A stretch of DNA of 38,393 bases from Salisapilia sapeloensis CBS 127946. Taxonomy: Eukaryota; Protista; Oomycota. The stretch spans positions 1 through 38,393 of the forward strand of contig JAADVB010000185.1 of the NCBI GenBank assembly GCA_023334545.1. The letters run 5' to 3'. Positions 12,100 to 21,803 of the stretch are shown in pieces. Position 1 is the first letter of the stretch, and each line of letters begins with the position of its first letter. Under the pieces are notes generated by a model. The model searched no databases. It was not told the DNA's origin and saw nothing but the letters and a program-made list of their open reading frames with translations. Made by a program: the position numbers and the translations under genes.

Positions 12100-13539
12100 A
12101 TGCGCACAAATTGTAGAGGCCCAACCCAAAGTCCCTTCGCGGACCTCCAAATCACTGAAGAGGATGAAATGAAGTTGGACGAGCTTGCCCAGATGCTTGT
12201 GCGTAGCACTTGCCGTCAATATGACCGCCACATTACCGATCGTAAGAGCTATGTCAATCCCGACCGCTGGCGCCGTGTTGCGACTAAGGACGGGCTTACA
12301 ATATACACCGAGCAGAAGAAGAAAAAAGAAAAGAAGCCAAAGTTGAACTTAGCTACATCCACTACTGCGCATCGTTCAGCGTCAAGCAATCGGTCTGGAG
12401 ATACCTCCAATTCCACAGCAGATTTTCCTGTCATACTCGGTTCAGGAACTCTATCGGGAACGCTTGATGATGTAATGTACGGAGTTGTATCTCCGACACC
12501 TGAATTAATGCAGTTGAGAACTTCTTACGTCGGAGAGAACGGCGATGATGGCACAGTGCTTGCAACGCTTTCGGATCCGATCCTCAGTCTACCTTACGAC
12601 AGTCTCGTCATCAAGTGGTTTACCACGAATGGTCCCAACATTATATCCGCAATGCCCATGGCAAAGAAGCAAGACTTTGTCGTGCTCGAAGCGACTGGTA
12701 TGACCGACCTTTTACACGACAATGGTGAAGCGACAAGAGTTGGATATCATATCTGGCACTCTGTTCATTTCCCTCAAACAGTCCACCTCGACTGGGCCCA
12801 CCGTGGTAACATCAGCATCTGCACCATGTACCGTCAGGTTTCCGATGATATGGTAGATGTCTACGTTCGCGGCATTTTCTCGCCTGTGGGAAAGCTGCAG
12901 CGATCTCTTCATATTCGTTCTGCTGCCCAAATGATACTTGGAATCGCAAAATTACCCCATTGTAGCCACATGAAGAAGCTTGCCTACACCATGAGAAGGT
13001 CTGGTGGTAACCTCAAGAGTATGAACATGAGGAAACTTGCCATCGCAAACACTAATGCATCTTCAAATGGAGCTCCCAGACCGAGCAACGGCCCCCCTTG
13101 TGGTTGCTGCCTAAAACTCCCATCTCAAGCGTCTAATCTGCTACCACGAAGTACATGCAAAGCTTGTCTGCAAGTCGTTTGCTCCTCGTGTAAAATCAAG
13201 CACAAAGTGATGTTGCTACCTGCTGTATCGCGCCATTCTTCTTTTGGCTGCTCGGATGACGGTGTGCATGATGCAGAGACTAGTTCGAGCTCAAATCAGT
13301 CGTTTAGTGAAAAACCCAGGGCTATTCAGAAACGGATTACATTCTGCACGAAGTGTGTTGAACGAGCAAGAGGAGCATCGGCAAGTGAAATTGCGACGGA
13401 TGAAATTGCTTGCAAAGACTCTGTAGCTGGATATGCAGAACTCACGTCAGCATTGACATCGATGCTGTCCATCGACCCGCTCGAGGCGGAGGAAGACGCG
13501 GACGATGAAAATAATGAACGTCGATCCTCGACTTTGTGA
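12100..13539 (+). CDS. Oomycete START-like (SRPBCC-fold) domain plus FYVE-like 8-Cys zinc finger protein, 479 aa
   Basis: N-terminal SPF..L.I motif, W...KDGLTIY, GTLDDVMYG, GYHIWHSVHFP, MKKLAY; then CxxC...CxxC...VCxxC...FCxxC. The START assignment is by recalled family pattern. Confidence 0.8.
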   Translation: MRTNCRGPTQSPFADLQITEEDEMKLDELAQMLVRSTCRQYDRHITDRKSYVNPDRWRRVATKDGLTIYTEQKKKKEKKPKLNLATSTTAHRSASSNRSGDTSNSTADFPVILGSGTLSGTLDDVMYGVVSPTPELMQLRTSYVGENGDDGTVLATLSDPILSLPYDSLVIKWFTTNGPNIISAMPMAKKQDFVVLEATGMTDLLHDNGEATRVGYHIWHSVHFPQTVHLDWAHRGNISICTMYRQVSDDMVDVYVRGIFSPVGKLQRSLHIRSAAQMILGIAKLPHCSHMKKLAYTMRRSGGNLKSMNMRKLAIANTNASSNGAPRPSNGPPCGCCLKLPSQASNLLPRSTCKACLQVVCSSCKIKHKVMLLPAVSRHSSFGCSDDGVHDAETSSSSNQSFSEKPRAIQKRITFCTKCVERARGASASEIATDEIACKDSVAGYAELTSALTSMLSIDPLEAEEDADDENNERRSSTL

Positions 13540-14262
13540 TAGCCCAAGACACTGTGAAGAGAAGCAGTGACACTGTACAATAAGCACACTAAAAATAAAA
13601 ATGAAAATGAAGTACTTAAAACTTGTCATTCGTCAACCATTCTGCTATGTCAACGCCCTACTAGATCACATTCAAAAAATATTCCTTTTATGTACTATCA
13701 TTTAGATTGATAATCCAGGAAACATGTAAAATGAACACTCGTGAAGTTGTATGTATCGACAGGGGGCTTTGCACGAGGTAAGAGCTCTTTTCATGATGTT
13801 TATTCTTCTTCCATTCCGAAAAAGCGAAGTGAATATGCTGTGAAGTTACCAAGGTAGCGCTCAACTACTTGGTATAAGGTTGCTGACCATGCGAGTTCTT
13901 GCACAAACTCAATCGAACAATCGGCAGCATGACGCAGAGCTAGCGCCGATATTATCTATATCTGGCAATAAGAGAGTATGAGCTCGTATTCGGTGTACAA
14001 AATACTTTATGAGTTACAGCTAGATCCATGCTAATTTACTTTCGTCGACGCCTCCAGTAGTAGCACAGCCTTCTTATGCTCAGAGCTTTCCTGCTGATTC
14101 AATTCCTCTTCCTAACTAAGGTGCGCACACGCGCACACCTTTAAGTGTTTGCCATATGAAAGTATGTTGAAAACGGAAGACATGATAAAAACTGGCAAAA
14201 TGACTGCATTGATGGAGTACTGAACTGACACAAAATCGCTGGCATGAGGAAGTCTACCTGAC

Positions 14263-15660
14263 CTACAAGATACTCGCGTCCTGATGATTAGTTACTGCAG
14301 GTGTCGAATGATGACCGAACGCTTGAAGAGGTCTCGGATCGTCCTCAGCCTTGGCATCGAGTGCACGACGCCTCGCTTTGACGGCAATCACGACTGCAGC
14401 AGCGATAGCCAAAGCGCCAACCGAGGCAAACACGGCAATCATTATGCCAGTTCCTCCGCTAGAAGTTCCCTTGGACTCTGTGTTCACCGAATTTGACTCG
14501 TCTTCACCCTTGGACTTGGATGCATCAGCAAGTTGAGTTTTATCCGCGTCACTCAAGGATGGAGTGGATGTGGGTGCTGTAGTGTCCTGTACGAATGTGC
14601 TCTCACCAGCAATGCTGGATTCATTTGCGACGTTCACTTTACCAGCGACATCGTCGGACGACTGTGCTTCTTTAGCAGGAGCCTTCGTGCTTTCAGTAGG
14701 AGGAGGCGTTAAAATAGCTCCGTAGGCATTGTTCGACGACGAGCTCGATGTGTCGGGTACAGGAGGTGTTGTTGTTGGATTGGGAGATTTCGGTGGTGGA
14801 CTCGAGGGCTGCATCGTTGGACTTGGGGGTGTCATGGCTGGAGGCGGAGGCGTGGGACTTGAGGGTGTCGTCGCTGGAGGCGGAGGCGGCGAACTTGGCG
14901 ATGGAGACGGCGAGGGGTAGCTTGGTGGTGAAGGTGGAGGATTTGAATAGCTGGACGGTGACGGTTGATTATCTGATGGTGAAGAAGCTCCACCATTGGA
15001 GAATTGATGCGAGCCTTCCGTACATGAACCGGCTTCCAGAGAGACTGTGTCCTCGATCGTTTCTCCGCTGACCGACGTAAGCGAAATCGTGACGCTACTC
15101 AAGTCCGTTTGCGTCTGACTTTGCCCGTCCAATAGAAAGTAGTAAGCACTAGCCAGCATCGTTGTCTCTGCACCGTTGATCTGCATGCTCTTTACGCCTG
15201 CGGCCATGTTGGTCGGCTGAATGGCAGTCCAGAATGCGTTGGAGCCTCCTTTTAGGCAGTACTTGATGTTCCCAGTCACCGGGCAATCGGTGAATTCCCA
15301 CTCGATATCAAGACGAGATGGACCACTTCCAGTCACCTTTGTAAAAACAGTCGGCGACAAGTCCAAGTCTCCGTGGACACATTCAGGACACCGGTCGAGA
15401 ATGTACACCACTTCCGAGTTGTCCGGCGTACTTGGTGACCAGACTTTGGCACATCGTCCACAGGCTTTGGAGCCGTCCCACTGATCATTATTGATAGCGG
15501 CATAGTTATCGTTTGCTGCAGACTCCGCGAACATCATGTTACAGTTGCCCGCCGATGTTTGTCCGAGGGTGTACGTGGTGCCATCGCCTCTGTAGTCTCC
15601 GGCGTGGACAACCGCCGCAGTGGTTGCCAATAGCGCGTATAGCATCTCTGGAGCGTGCAT
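14263..15660 (-). CDS. Expansin-like protein (DPBB + CBM63-like) with Pro/Ser/Thr stalk, TM helix and short cytoplasmic tail, 465 aa
   Basis: Signal peptide to about residue 20; GDGTTY, YAAIN, CGRC, LDRCPECVHGDLDLSP (both conserved Asp); D2 FWTAIQP and SAYYF; hydrophobic helix at about 406-427 followed by KARRR. Confidence 0.9.
   Translation of the reverse strand: MHAPEMLYALLATTAAVVHAGDYRGDGTTYTLGQTSAGNCNMMFAESAANDNYAAINNDQWDGSKACGRCAKVWSPSTPDNSEVVYILDRCPECVHGDLDLSPTVFTKVTGSGPSRLDIEWEFTDCPVTGNIKYCLKGGSNAFWTAIQPTNMAAGVKSMQINGAETTMLASAYYFLLDGQSQTQTDLSSVTISLTSVSGETIEDTVSLEAGSCTEGSHQFSNGGASSPSDNQPSPSSYSNPPPSPPSYPSPSPSPSSPPPPPATTPSSPTPPPPAMTPPSPTMQPSSPPPKSPNPTTTPPVPDTSSSSSNNAYGAILTPPPTESTKAPAKEAQSSDDVAGKVNVANESSIAGESTFVQDTTAPTSTPSLSDADKTQLADASKSKGEDESNSVNTESKGTSSGGTGIMIAVFASVGALAIAAAVVIAVKARRRALDAKAEDDPRPLQAFGHHSTPAVTNHQDASIL
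14815..14886. repeat. Two 36-bp tandem units in the expansin stalk (PPPPATTPSSPT / PPPPAMTPPSPT)
   Basis: 14815-14850 versus 14851-14886 match at 32 of 36 positions. Confidence 0.9.
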
Positions 15661-15974
15661 CTCGACTTTCAGTGCTTCGACCTTCTAAATCAAGGGCGGA
15701 AAGCAGACTGGTCCATTCAGCGAGGTAAGAGCATAAAGCCACTTTCGATTGACGACTGGTCATGCCCTTGACTTGACCTGAGTATCGATTTCTAGAAACC
15801 ATAAGTTTTTCACAATCGAACGCTCGGCATCAGGCAGAGAAAGTACAGAAGTAGGAACGATAGCAAATTTGGGCCCAAAGTTGAAAAGACGAGCAAGATG
15901 GATAGAAGAATAGGACGCTCAAAAGGGCAAGATACATGACGTTTCAACCCAACAATGGATGGTATATTCTGAAG

Positions 15975-16721
15975 TTAAATTTCGGCAATGTCCTGACGAA
16001 CGTTCACTGGCGACGCAAACGTATCAAAGGACCTCTGGAGCGAGGGATCGTGCTTGCTCTTTTTACTCGCTTTACTCTTGCTGCCGGTTTTTTTAATGAT
16101 GAGCACAACCATGAGGACGACTGCGACTGCTCCACCGACTGACGCAGTGACGGCGATCCAGCCTACCCCACCCTTATCTTTGTCCGAGTCTGAACTAGGT
16201 GCCATTTTGATTTTCGCAATGTCAGCGTCATCGGCATTGGCAGCAAAGACCTTGGCAGTAGCATCTTCGAGAGTGGCTTTCTGTGCACTTACAGATGGGT
16301 CCTCTTCATCTTCAGGTTCCAACAGGTCATCGCTGTCGGCCGATCCGGCAACAAAGTCGTGACAGCTGCCAAAGACATACTCGACTTCAGCGTCATCGCC
16401 AAACTCATCGACGAGAGATTGCCCCAGATGAATGTCTCCGTCATCACAATCGGTGCATTGACCCATGACCATGGCAACGAATGCATGTTCCTTATCGTCG
16501 TCGCCCTTGGGTCGAATCGCCATGCATTCCTTACAGGCATCTCCATTGTCATATAGACTCTCGCTGACGGCAGCATAGTATCGATTGTGAAAGCTATCAT
16601 AGTTTATGCCCTTACATAAGGAGTCCTCATCTGTCTTTGCAGCGATTTTGCCGCTTTGAACACCGTGAGCTGAAGCGACCAGCGCTGCGCATGCTAATAT
16701 AGTGTAGAATGTACGCTGCAT
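15975..16721 (-). CDS. Single-domain DPBB (RlpA/loosenin/expansin-D1-like) protein with acidic stalk, TM helix and tail, 248 aa
   Basis: Signal peptide, YYAAVS...G.AC.EC, QC.DC..GDIHL pattern collinear with expansin D1; no D2; TM helix at about 188-209 then KK. Confidence 0.8.
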   Translation of the reverse strand: MQRTFYTILACAALVASAHGVQSGKIAAKTDEDSLCKGINYDSFHNRYYAAVSESLYDNGDACKECMAIRPKGDDDKEHAFVAMVMGQCTDCDDGDIHLGQSLVDEFGDDAEVEYVFGSCHDFVAGSADSDDLLEPEDEEDPSVSAQKATLEDATAKVFAANADDADIAKIKMAPSSDSDKDKGGVGWIAVTASVGGAVAVVLMVVLIIKKTGSKSKASKKSKHDPSLQRSFDTFASPVNVRQDIAEI

Positions 16722-16744
16722 GCTGTCTGCGGTGCGTATCTGGT

Positions 16745-16760
16745 GAATCGAGAAATGGCG
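16745..16760 (-). promoter_or_regulatory. INR-like element
   Basis: Minus strand CGCCATTTCTCGATTC (YCAYTYY = CCATTTC), about 25 nt upstream of the ATG at 16721. Confidence 0.4.
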
Positions 16761-17158
16761 AGATCGAATACGGCACTACAAAAATCAAGTCGCTCTAGTA
16801 GCGATGAAGGCATGACGTGTCATCGGTGGTCTTGTGGGAGCCAAAGAGTGCAAGCTGAGTCATATGAGGCCAGCTGGCGATATCACCGGGACTTCCTCTT
16901 CGCTATACTAGGACTCATATAAAAGGCTCTTGTTTTGGCCGATAGACGGAGTCAAAGTCCCCTAGGGTACAACATTGAATCATGTAAAAGTGAAACTACT
17001 GGCAGAAACGTAGGAAATACCTATCGTAGATATTTTCGTATAAAAGAAGTACACGTAAAAATGTCTTTTCAGAGCCAAATGGCTTCATGGGAAATATTGT
17101 TTGATGCATAAATTGGACAAGTTAGTTTTACATCCGGTTGGAGCCTGCCAACTCACCT

Positions 17159-19474
17159 ATGGCTCGGACGGAACGGCTTCAACTCGCTCAAGAGACTCTC
17201 GCTCGTCTCAGTATACTCCAACACAGCCCTGCTCTATCCTATGAAGTGTACGATGCCCTGTATTCGTACTACCGACTGCCTCTTTCGACTTTAGAGCGAA
17301 TAGAATACCTGACGCCAACCTTTTCGAAGCTTGATACGGATGACAGCCATACAATAAATCTTATATGGGAAGAGTATCTGCAGCTTATAAACGCCTATAA
17401 CAACCTCATCACGCCTACGGAAGCAGCCACGTTGATTGCTATTCGAGCAGAGCAATGCTTCGACGGGATGGTTTGTCATGATGATCTATCGTTCTTTACG
17501 ACGACTACAAATAAAATTAAGCACGGTAAAAAACTCGAATCCTTACTAGGTTTACTTTACGTTAATGCAGGGGACTACTATCTTGCTTTCGAAGTGCTCA
17601 TTACCATCCTCGAAAGCACCTTATACGACTTGTATTACGACAATAACGACCAAGCGAAGAAAAATATTATTCTACGAGATCTATTGCTCTCTACTACACT
17701 GGAACAGCGACTTCCACCAGGCCTATTATCACTCCTTCGCACTCTTTTCCTGCCTTCCGGACTCAACTTGCGAAATCTCGTTTGGCATGGCTTTCTACAT
17801 CCATCCGAGCTACCTCGGTGCTATGGCTGTCTCTCTGCTCTGCTACTTGTGATCCTGTCAAATTACTTGCCTCGAGCTACGAGACCGACAGATTCTGCAG
17901 AATTATTCCACATGCATACATACGATCACCGCTTTCATCTCTCCTCCGCCTTAGCTGCACAACTCGATAAGGTTCCATCAGAGATTTTCATCGAACAAGT
18001 TCTCCACAGTCCTTATATTCCCATCGGTCGACACCATCTAGTCGCACGTGCCTTTAACGCAGTGGTCATTGCCGGTGATGAAACGCTGGCACTGTTCCTA
18101 TTGTTACCAGTGCTCGAGCACTCTCTACGTCTCCACTTTATAGAGGCCAACAAACGGCTTGTACCTTCATGCCAGTCGTACGCCAAGGCCCATGTCCACC
18201 AGTACTTTTCGACTTTAGATGGCTTTGGGCAGAGGACGAAGCATCAAGTGATGCTGCATCCGCAGCTGGCAGACACTATAGAAGGCAAAGTTATTGCGAA
18301 TGCCTTGTACGACCAATTGCCAGTGGCAGTCCTGTCAGTACTTTTGGATATGTTTATGATGGCAGATGGACCGAATGTAAGGGCAAAGTTGTGTCATGGA
18401 GAAGCATCATTAGATGGCTTGTTTAAGAACAAGTCCTGGAGAGAGACGTCAGTGTCGACTAAACTACTCATTTATGCTTACTGCCACCTCTGTGATTCAG
18501 CCACTGGCCTAAGCGACGAGTTCTCGAAACGACCTGTCTTCAACAAAGAGTACGTGAGCTCTTTCCATCCGTTCCTAGAGCTTCAAAGGAAACTGCTAAA
18601 TCATCGAGATATGGCCGTGAAGTTCAATATACTCCGCCAAAAGTTTAAATGCGTCGAACTAGAGGAACTGGACGATGACACCATGACGACTCGAGTGACC
18701 TTTTATAACCAAACTGCAGCACCACAAAAATATGCTGCAATGACTCTACCATCCTCCAAGGTTGATGAATGGAAACTAGTGATGCATAAGCTCGATATGA
18801 TGGAGGACGACGGCCGGATGGTTAAATCGAGTGCCTTTAGTAACCTCGTATATGCACTAGACAGCACATTAAATCGCATTGTGGACAAAATGGAGGAGGA
18901 GTACATGAGTCACCATGCGACTTGCTCAAGCACTAGCTCATTTCTTTCTCTTCTACGGCATAGGAGTTTGAAGCAGGAATCAAATATACTTATTCGAGGA
19001 CGGCTGTCAGATCAAGTTGAGAAAGCCCTGTTGGCGCTTTCTGACAGCGATGGACTTGGTGTTGCACCCTGCATGTTCGAGACGTTGGAAAGTCTGCACC
19101 GATGTTTGCATTTCTTCACGTTGAAAGCAGAGGAGCTAGCTGCGATGGTAGATGACAAAAGTGCTCGAACGAATCATCGAAAGTCGCTCTTCACTCTTAT
19201 ATGCGTGTTCCCGGTTGTTGAAAAGATCTTGTTTGTGTGTCTAGCAGCAATTGAGCATCATGTCGTTCACTTACTCGAGACTGGATTGCGCAATGACATC
19301 AGGTGTCCACATACTAAGGCGTACGAACAGCTACAAAAGAAGCTGCTGCAGTTCGTCACTGCTTTCGAAGGATGTAGTGGCAGCCCAACAGTAGCTTCCA
19401 AAAGCTTGGAAAAGGGAATTCGACTTGCAAGTGAGTTCTCTACTTCAAAACCTATGAAAGCAGTTACAGGATAG
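17159..19474 (+). CDS. ERMARD: ERMARD/C6orf70-like (DUF4209) protein with two HEPN-type R-x4-H motifs, 771 aa from the first ATG
   Basis: PSGLNLRNLVWHGF and DGPNVRAKLCHGE match my recollection of the two conserved ERMARD blocks; also LLPVLEH.LR and YFSTLD. The ORF-track start at 17138 is TTG; the first ATG is 17159. Confidence 0.78.
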   Translation: MARTERLQLAQETLARLSILQHSPALSYEVYDALYSYYRLPLSTLERIEYLTPTFSKLDTDDSHTINLIWEEYLQLINAYNNLITPTEAATLIAIRAEQCFDGMVCHDDLSFFTTTTNKIKHGKKLESLLGLLYVNAGDYYLAFEVLITILESTLYDLYYDNNDQAKKNIILRDLLLSTTLEQRLPPGLLSLLRTLFLPSGLNLRNLVWHGFLHPSELPRCYGCLSALLLVILSNYLPRATRPTDSAELFHMHTYDHRFHLSSALAAQLDKVPSEIFIEQVLHSPYIPIGRHHLVARAFNAVVIAGDETLALFLLLPVLEHSLRLHFIEANKRLVPSCQSYAKAHVHQYFSTLDGFGQRTKHQVMLHPQLADTIEGKVIANALYDQLPVAVLSVLLDMFMMADGPNVRAKLCHGEASLDGLFKNKSWRETSVSTKLLIYAYCHLCDSATGLSDEFSKRPVFNKEYVSSFHPFLELQRKLLNHRDMAVKFNILRQKFKCVELEELDDDTMTTRVTFYNQTAAPQKYAAMTLPSSKVDEWKLVMHKLDMMEDDGRMVKSSAFSNLVYALDSTLNRIVDKMEEEYMSHHATCSSTSSFLSLLRHRSLKQESNILIRGRLSDQVEKALLALSDSDGLGVAPCMFETLESLHRCLHFFTLKAEELAAMVDDKSARTNHRKSLFTLICVFPVVEKILFVCLAAIEHHVVHLLETGLRNDIRCPHTKAYEQLQKKLLQFVTAFEGCSGSPTVASKSLEKGIRLASEFSTSKPMKAVTG

Positions 19475-19613
19475 ACTAGATATACCAACAAGATCGAATT
19501 GAATCAACAATTTCATTTTGTTTTATCAACGGTACGTACACTATCTTCACTTTCAGCTTATAGACAATAAAGCTAGTGATCATTCTGTTCACTGCAGAAG
19601 ATCGCTTTGCCTC

Positions 19614-21746
19614 TTAGACTTTCGACGATGGAACAGGCGAGAGCACCCGGTCATAGTTCGAAGCCGCAGGCGATTGAACTGGACCATTATAAACACGAGG
19701 AGATTCGCCATCAGCCACAAGATCGGTGCCAATGAAAGTTTCCTTCGCATATCTCCGCTGGAGTGCTTGCTTCTTTTTTGCGAGGACGACGATGACAGCA
19801 GCGGCGACCAGCGCAACTCCTGCGAGCACGACTGCCACAATGACCGTTGTGCTAGCTGGGGAGCTCTCGTCACTATCCTTGGTTGAGACTTCATTCGCCT
19901 CTGGAGGGGATGAGTCACTACTGTCCGATGGTTCCGGCACTTGCACTGGTGGCATCATATCATGGCGAGTCCGCAATTGCTGCTTTGTGGAACTCGAGGC
20001 CGATGCAGAGGCAGAGGATGCAGACATATCTACAGAGGCAGAAGAATAGCTTGATGAGTCAACTGGATTGAGAGACGAGCTGGCAGCACTTGAGAAGGAT
20101 TCCGTTGGAGCTGGAAGTACTGGTTCCGACACCAGGACCGGTTCCGAATTTGGTGAGTCCTCGATCGAGTAGGATGCCGAGCTGCTGAAAACAGAGCTCG
20201 CTTCCATCGTCGATTGAACCTCTACATCGTTTGAGCTGTCCGATACAGGTGGGGTAGTCGGTTCCACTACCGGATCTGAAAGTGGCAAACTCTCCATCGA
20301 ACCAGATAACGAGCTGACTGAGGCAGAGTTCGACCCCATGGATGAATGGGCTTCAAGATTATTCGAACTGTCCAATGTTGGTGACGTAGTAGGCTCCACT
20401 ACTTCCTCCGGGCTGGATAAGTCATCCATCGAATACGATTCCCAAGTGCCAGAAGCCGAGCTGGAGTATGAAGACGATTGGAGCTTACCTTCTTGTGAAT
20501 CTTCGGATGCTTCAGTACCCATCGAATCGGTCTCATCGCTAGACTTTGAATCTGTTCCAGAAGCAGAATAAGTTGCTGGGCTGGTTGGGGTAGGGACGGG
20601 AGACGGACTTGGGCTCGGTTCCGGAGGACTGGTTGTCTCTGGTTCAGGGGTCTCCGGAGGACTTGTTGTGAGCGCAGAAGTTTCTGGTGCGTCCGTTGTT
20701 TGCTCGGCGATATCATTTTGACCATTGTCACCAGAACTCGCATCCGTTTCCCGATTAAACGAATAAGACTTTTGTGACTTACCATCCTCTGGCGATTCCG
20801 GTGCGGGCGATTTTGTCTCATGACTCGTAAATGAGGACTCATCCTTTTCCGGTGACGGGGTTGGACTCGGTTCTGGTGGACTCGTCGTTGAAGGAGCAGG
20901 AGTTTCCGCAGGCTGAGGCTCAGGAGCCTCTGTTTCTTGCTCCAATTCAGCGGTTGGTGACGTAGGCGTAGCTTCTGAAGTATTGTCGCTATAGTCGTCA
21001 TCACCTTCATAGTCGAGATCCGCTCTGGTCATAGCAGAGCCCCTGGCAAACTGACGACTGCCTTTAACGCAGCTTTCCTTTTCGAACGAGACTGTATCTT
21101 CAATCTTCTCACCGTTGACGCCCTCCAGCTTAATCTTAACATTGCTCAGATCGGTCTTCTCTTGACTCAGACCATCTTTTAGAAAGTAGTACGCTGATGG
21201 CACCATGGATCCGCTTTCTCCGTTGATTTCCATGTTCTTCACACCAGCAATGAAGTTCGTGGGCTGAATCGCCGTCCAGAACTCGTTCGAGCCGCCTTTA
21301 AGGCAGTACTCGATGTTAGAGTCTTCTTCAGGGCAGTCAACGAATGTCCACTCGATGGTCAATCGGCTCGGGCCGGAGCCGGTTACTTTTTCGAAGACAT
21401 CTGGAGACAAGTCCAGGTCTCCATGGGCGCAGCCAGGGCATTGGTCGACAATGTAGACCGTTTCGCTTTTGGAGCTGGAGCATCGATCGTCAATGCACTT
21501 GACTCTGGCACACCGCCCGCAGTTCATGGTGGACTTGAACTGAGGTGTGTTTAAAGCAGCGTACTTCTTCTTGGCTGCGGCCGGGTAGCTCATAAAATTG
21601 CAGTTTCCGTTGCTGGGATCATCCAGGCCGTAGGTTGTTCCGTCTCCGACAAAAGCATCTCCAGCGCTGTTGAGCTTGGCCTCCGATGCAAGGAAGGAGG
21701 CAAAGAGGAGTGCAGTCGTGAAAGTGAAGTGCAAACACTTGATCAT
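19614..21746 (-). CDS. Expansin-like protein (DPBB + CBM63-like) with about 400-aa Ser/Pro/Glu/Thr stalk, TM helix and tail, 710 aa
   Basis: Signal peptide; GDGTTY, YAALN, CGRC, VDQCPGCAHGDLDLSP, FWTAIQP, SAYYF; TM helix at about 634-656 then KKK. Confidence 0.9.
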   Translation of the reverse strand: MIKCLHFTFTTALLFASFLASEAKLNSAGDAFVGDGTTYGLDDPSNGNCNFMSYPAAAKKKYAALNTPQFKSTMNCGRCARVKCIDDRCSSSKSETVYIVDQCPGCAHGDLDLSPDVFEKVTGSGPSRLTIEWTFVDCPEEDSNIEYCLKGGSNEFWTAIQPTNFIAGVKNMEINGESGSMVPSAYYFLKDGLSQEKTDLSNVKIKLEGVNGEKIEDTVSFEKESCVKGSRQFARGSAMTRADLDYEGDDDYSDNTSEATPTSPTAELEQETEAPEPQPAETPAPSTTSPPEPSPTPSPEKDESSFTSHETKSPAPESPEDGKSQKSYSFNRETDASSGDNGQNDIAEQTTDAPETSALTTSPPETPEPETTSPPEPSPSPSPVPTPTSPATYSASGTDSKSSDETDSMGTEASEDSQEGKLQSSSYSSSASGTWESYSMDDLSSPEEVVEPTTSPTLDSSNNLEAHSSMGSNSASVSSLSGSMESLPLSDPVVEPTTPPVSDSSNDVEVQSTMEASSVFSSSASYSIEDSPNSEPVLVSEPVLPAPTESFSSAASSSLNPVDSSSYSSASVDMSASSASASASSSTKQQLRTRHDMMPPVQVPEPSDSSDSSPPEANEVSTKDSDESSPASTTVIVAVVLAGVALVAAAVIVVLAKKKQALQRRYAKETFIGTDLVADGESPRVYNGPVQSPAASNYDRVLSPVPSSKV
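20142..20405. repeat. Degenerate 132-nt (44-aa) tandem repeat in the stalk
   Basis: EVVEPTTSPTLDSSN (20405), PVVEPTTPPVSDSSN (20273) and PVLVSEP (20141) start exactly 132 nt apart on the minus strand. Confidence 0.75.
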
Positions 21747-21803
21747 GATGTGAGCGAGGCACGAAAGCTAGAAGGTGAAGTACGAGCTTGCTGGTGGGCA
21801 AGC

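Noticed and set aside
15710-15785. Plus-strand INR-like CCATTC plus GAG|GTAAGA donor, suggesting an antisense transcript
   Set aside because: Short motifs with no downstream ORF or convincing acceptor; unsupported without RNA data.
20399-21010. 203-aa alternative-frame ORF in the long expansin stalk
   Set aside because: A by-product of Ser/Pro/Thr-biased codons; starts at GTG; no features.
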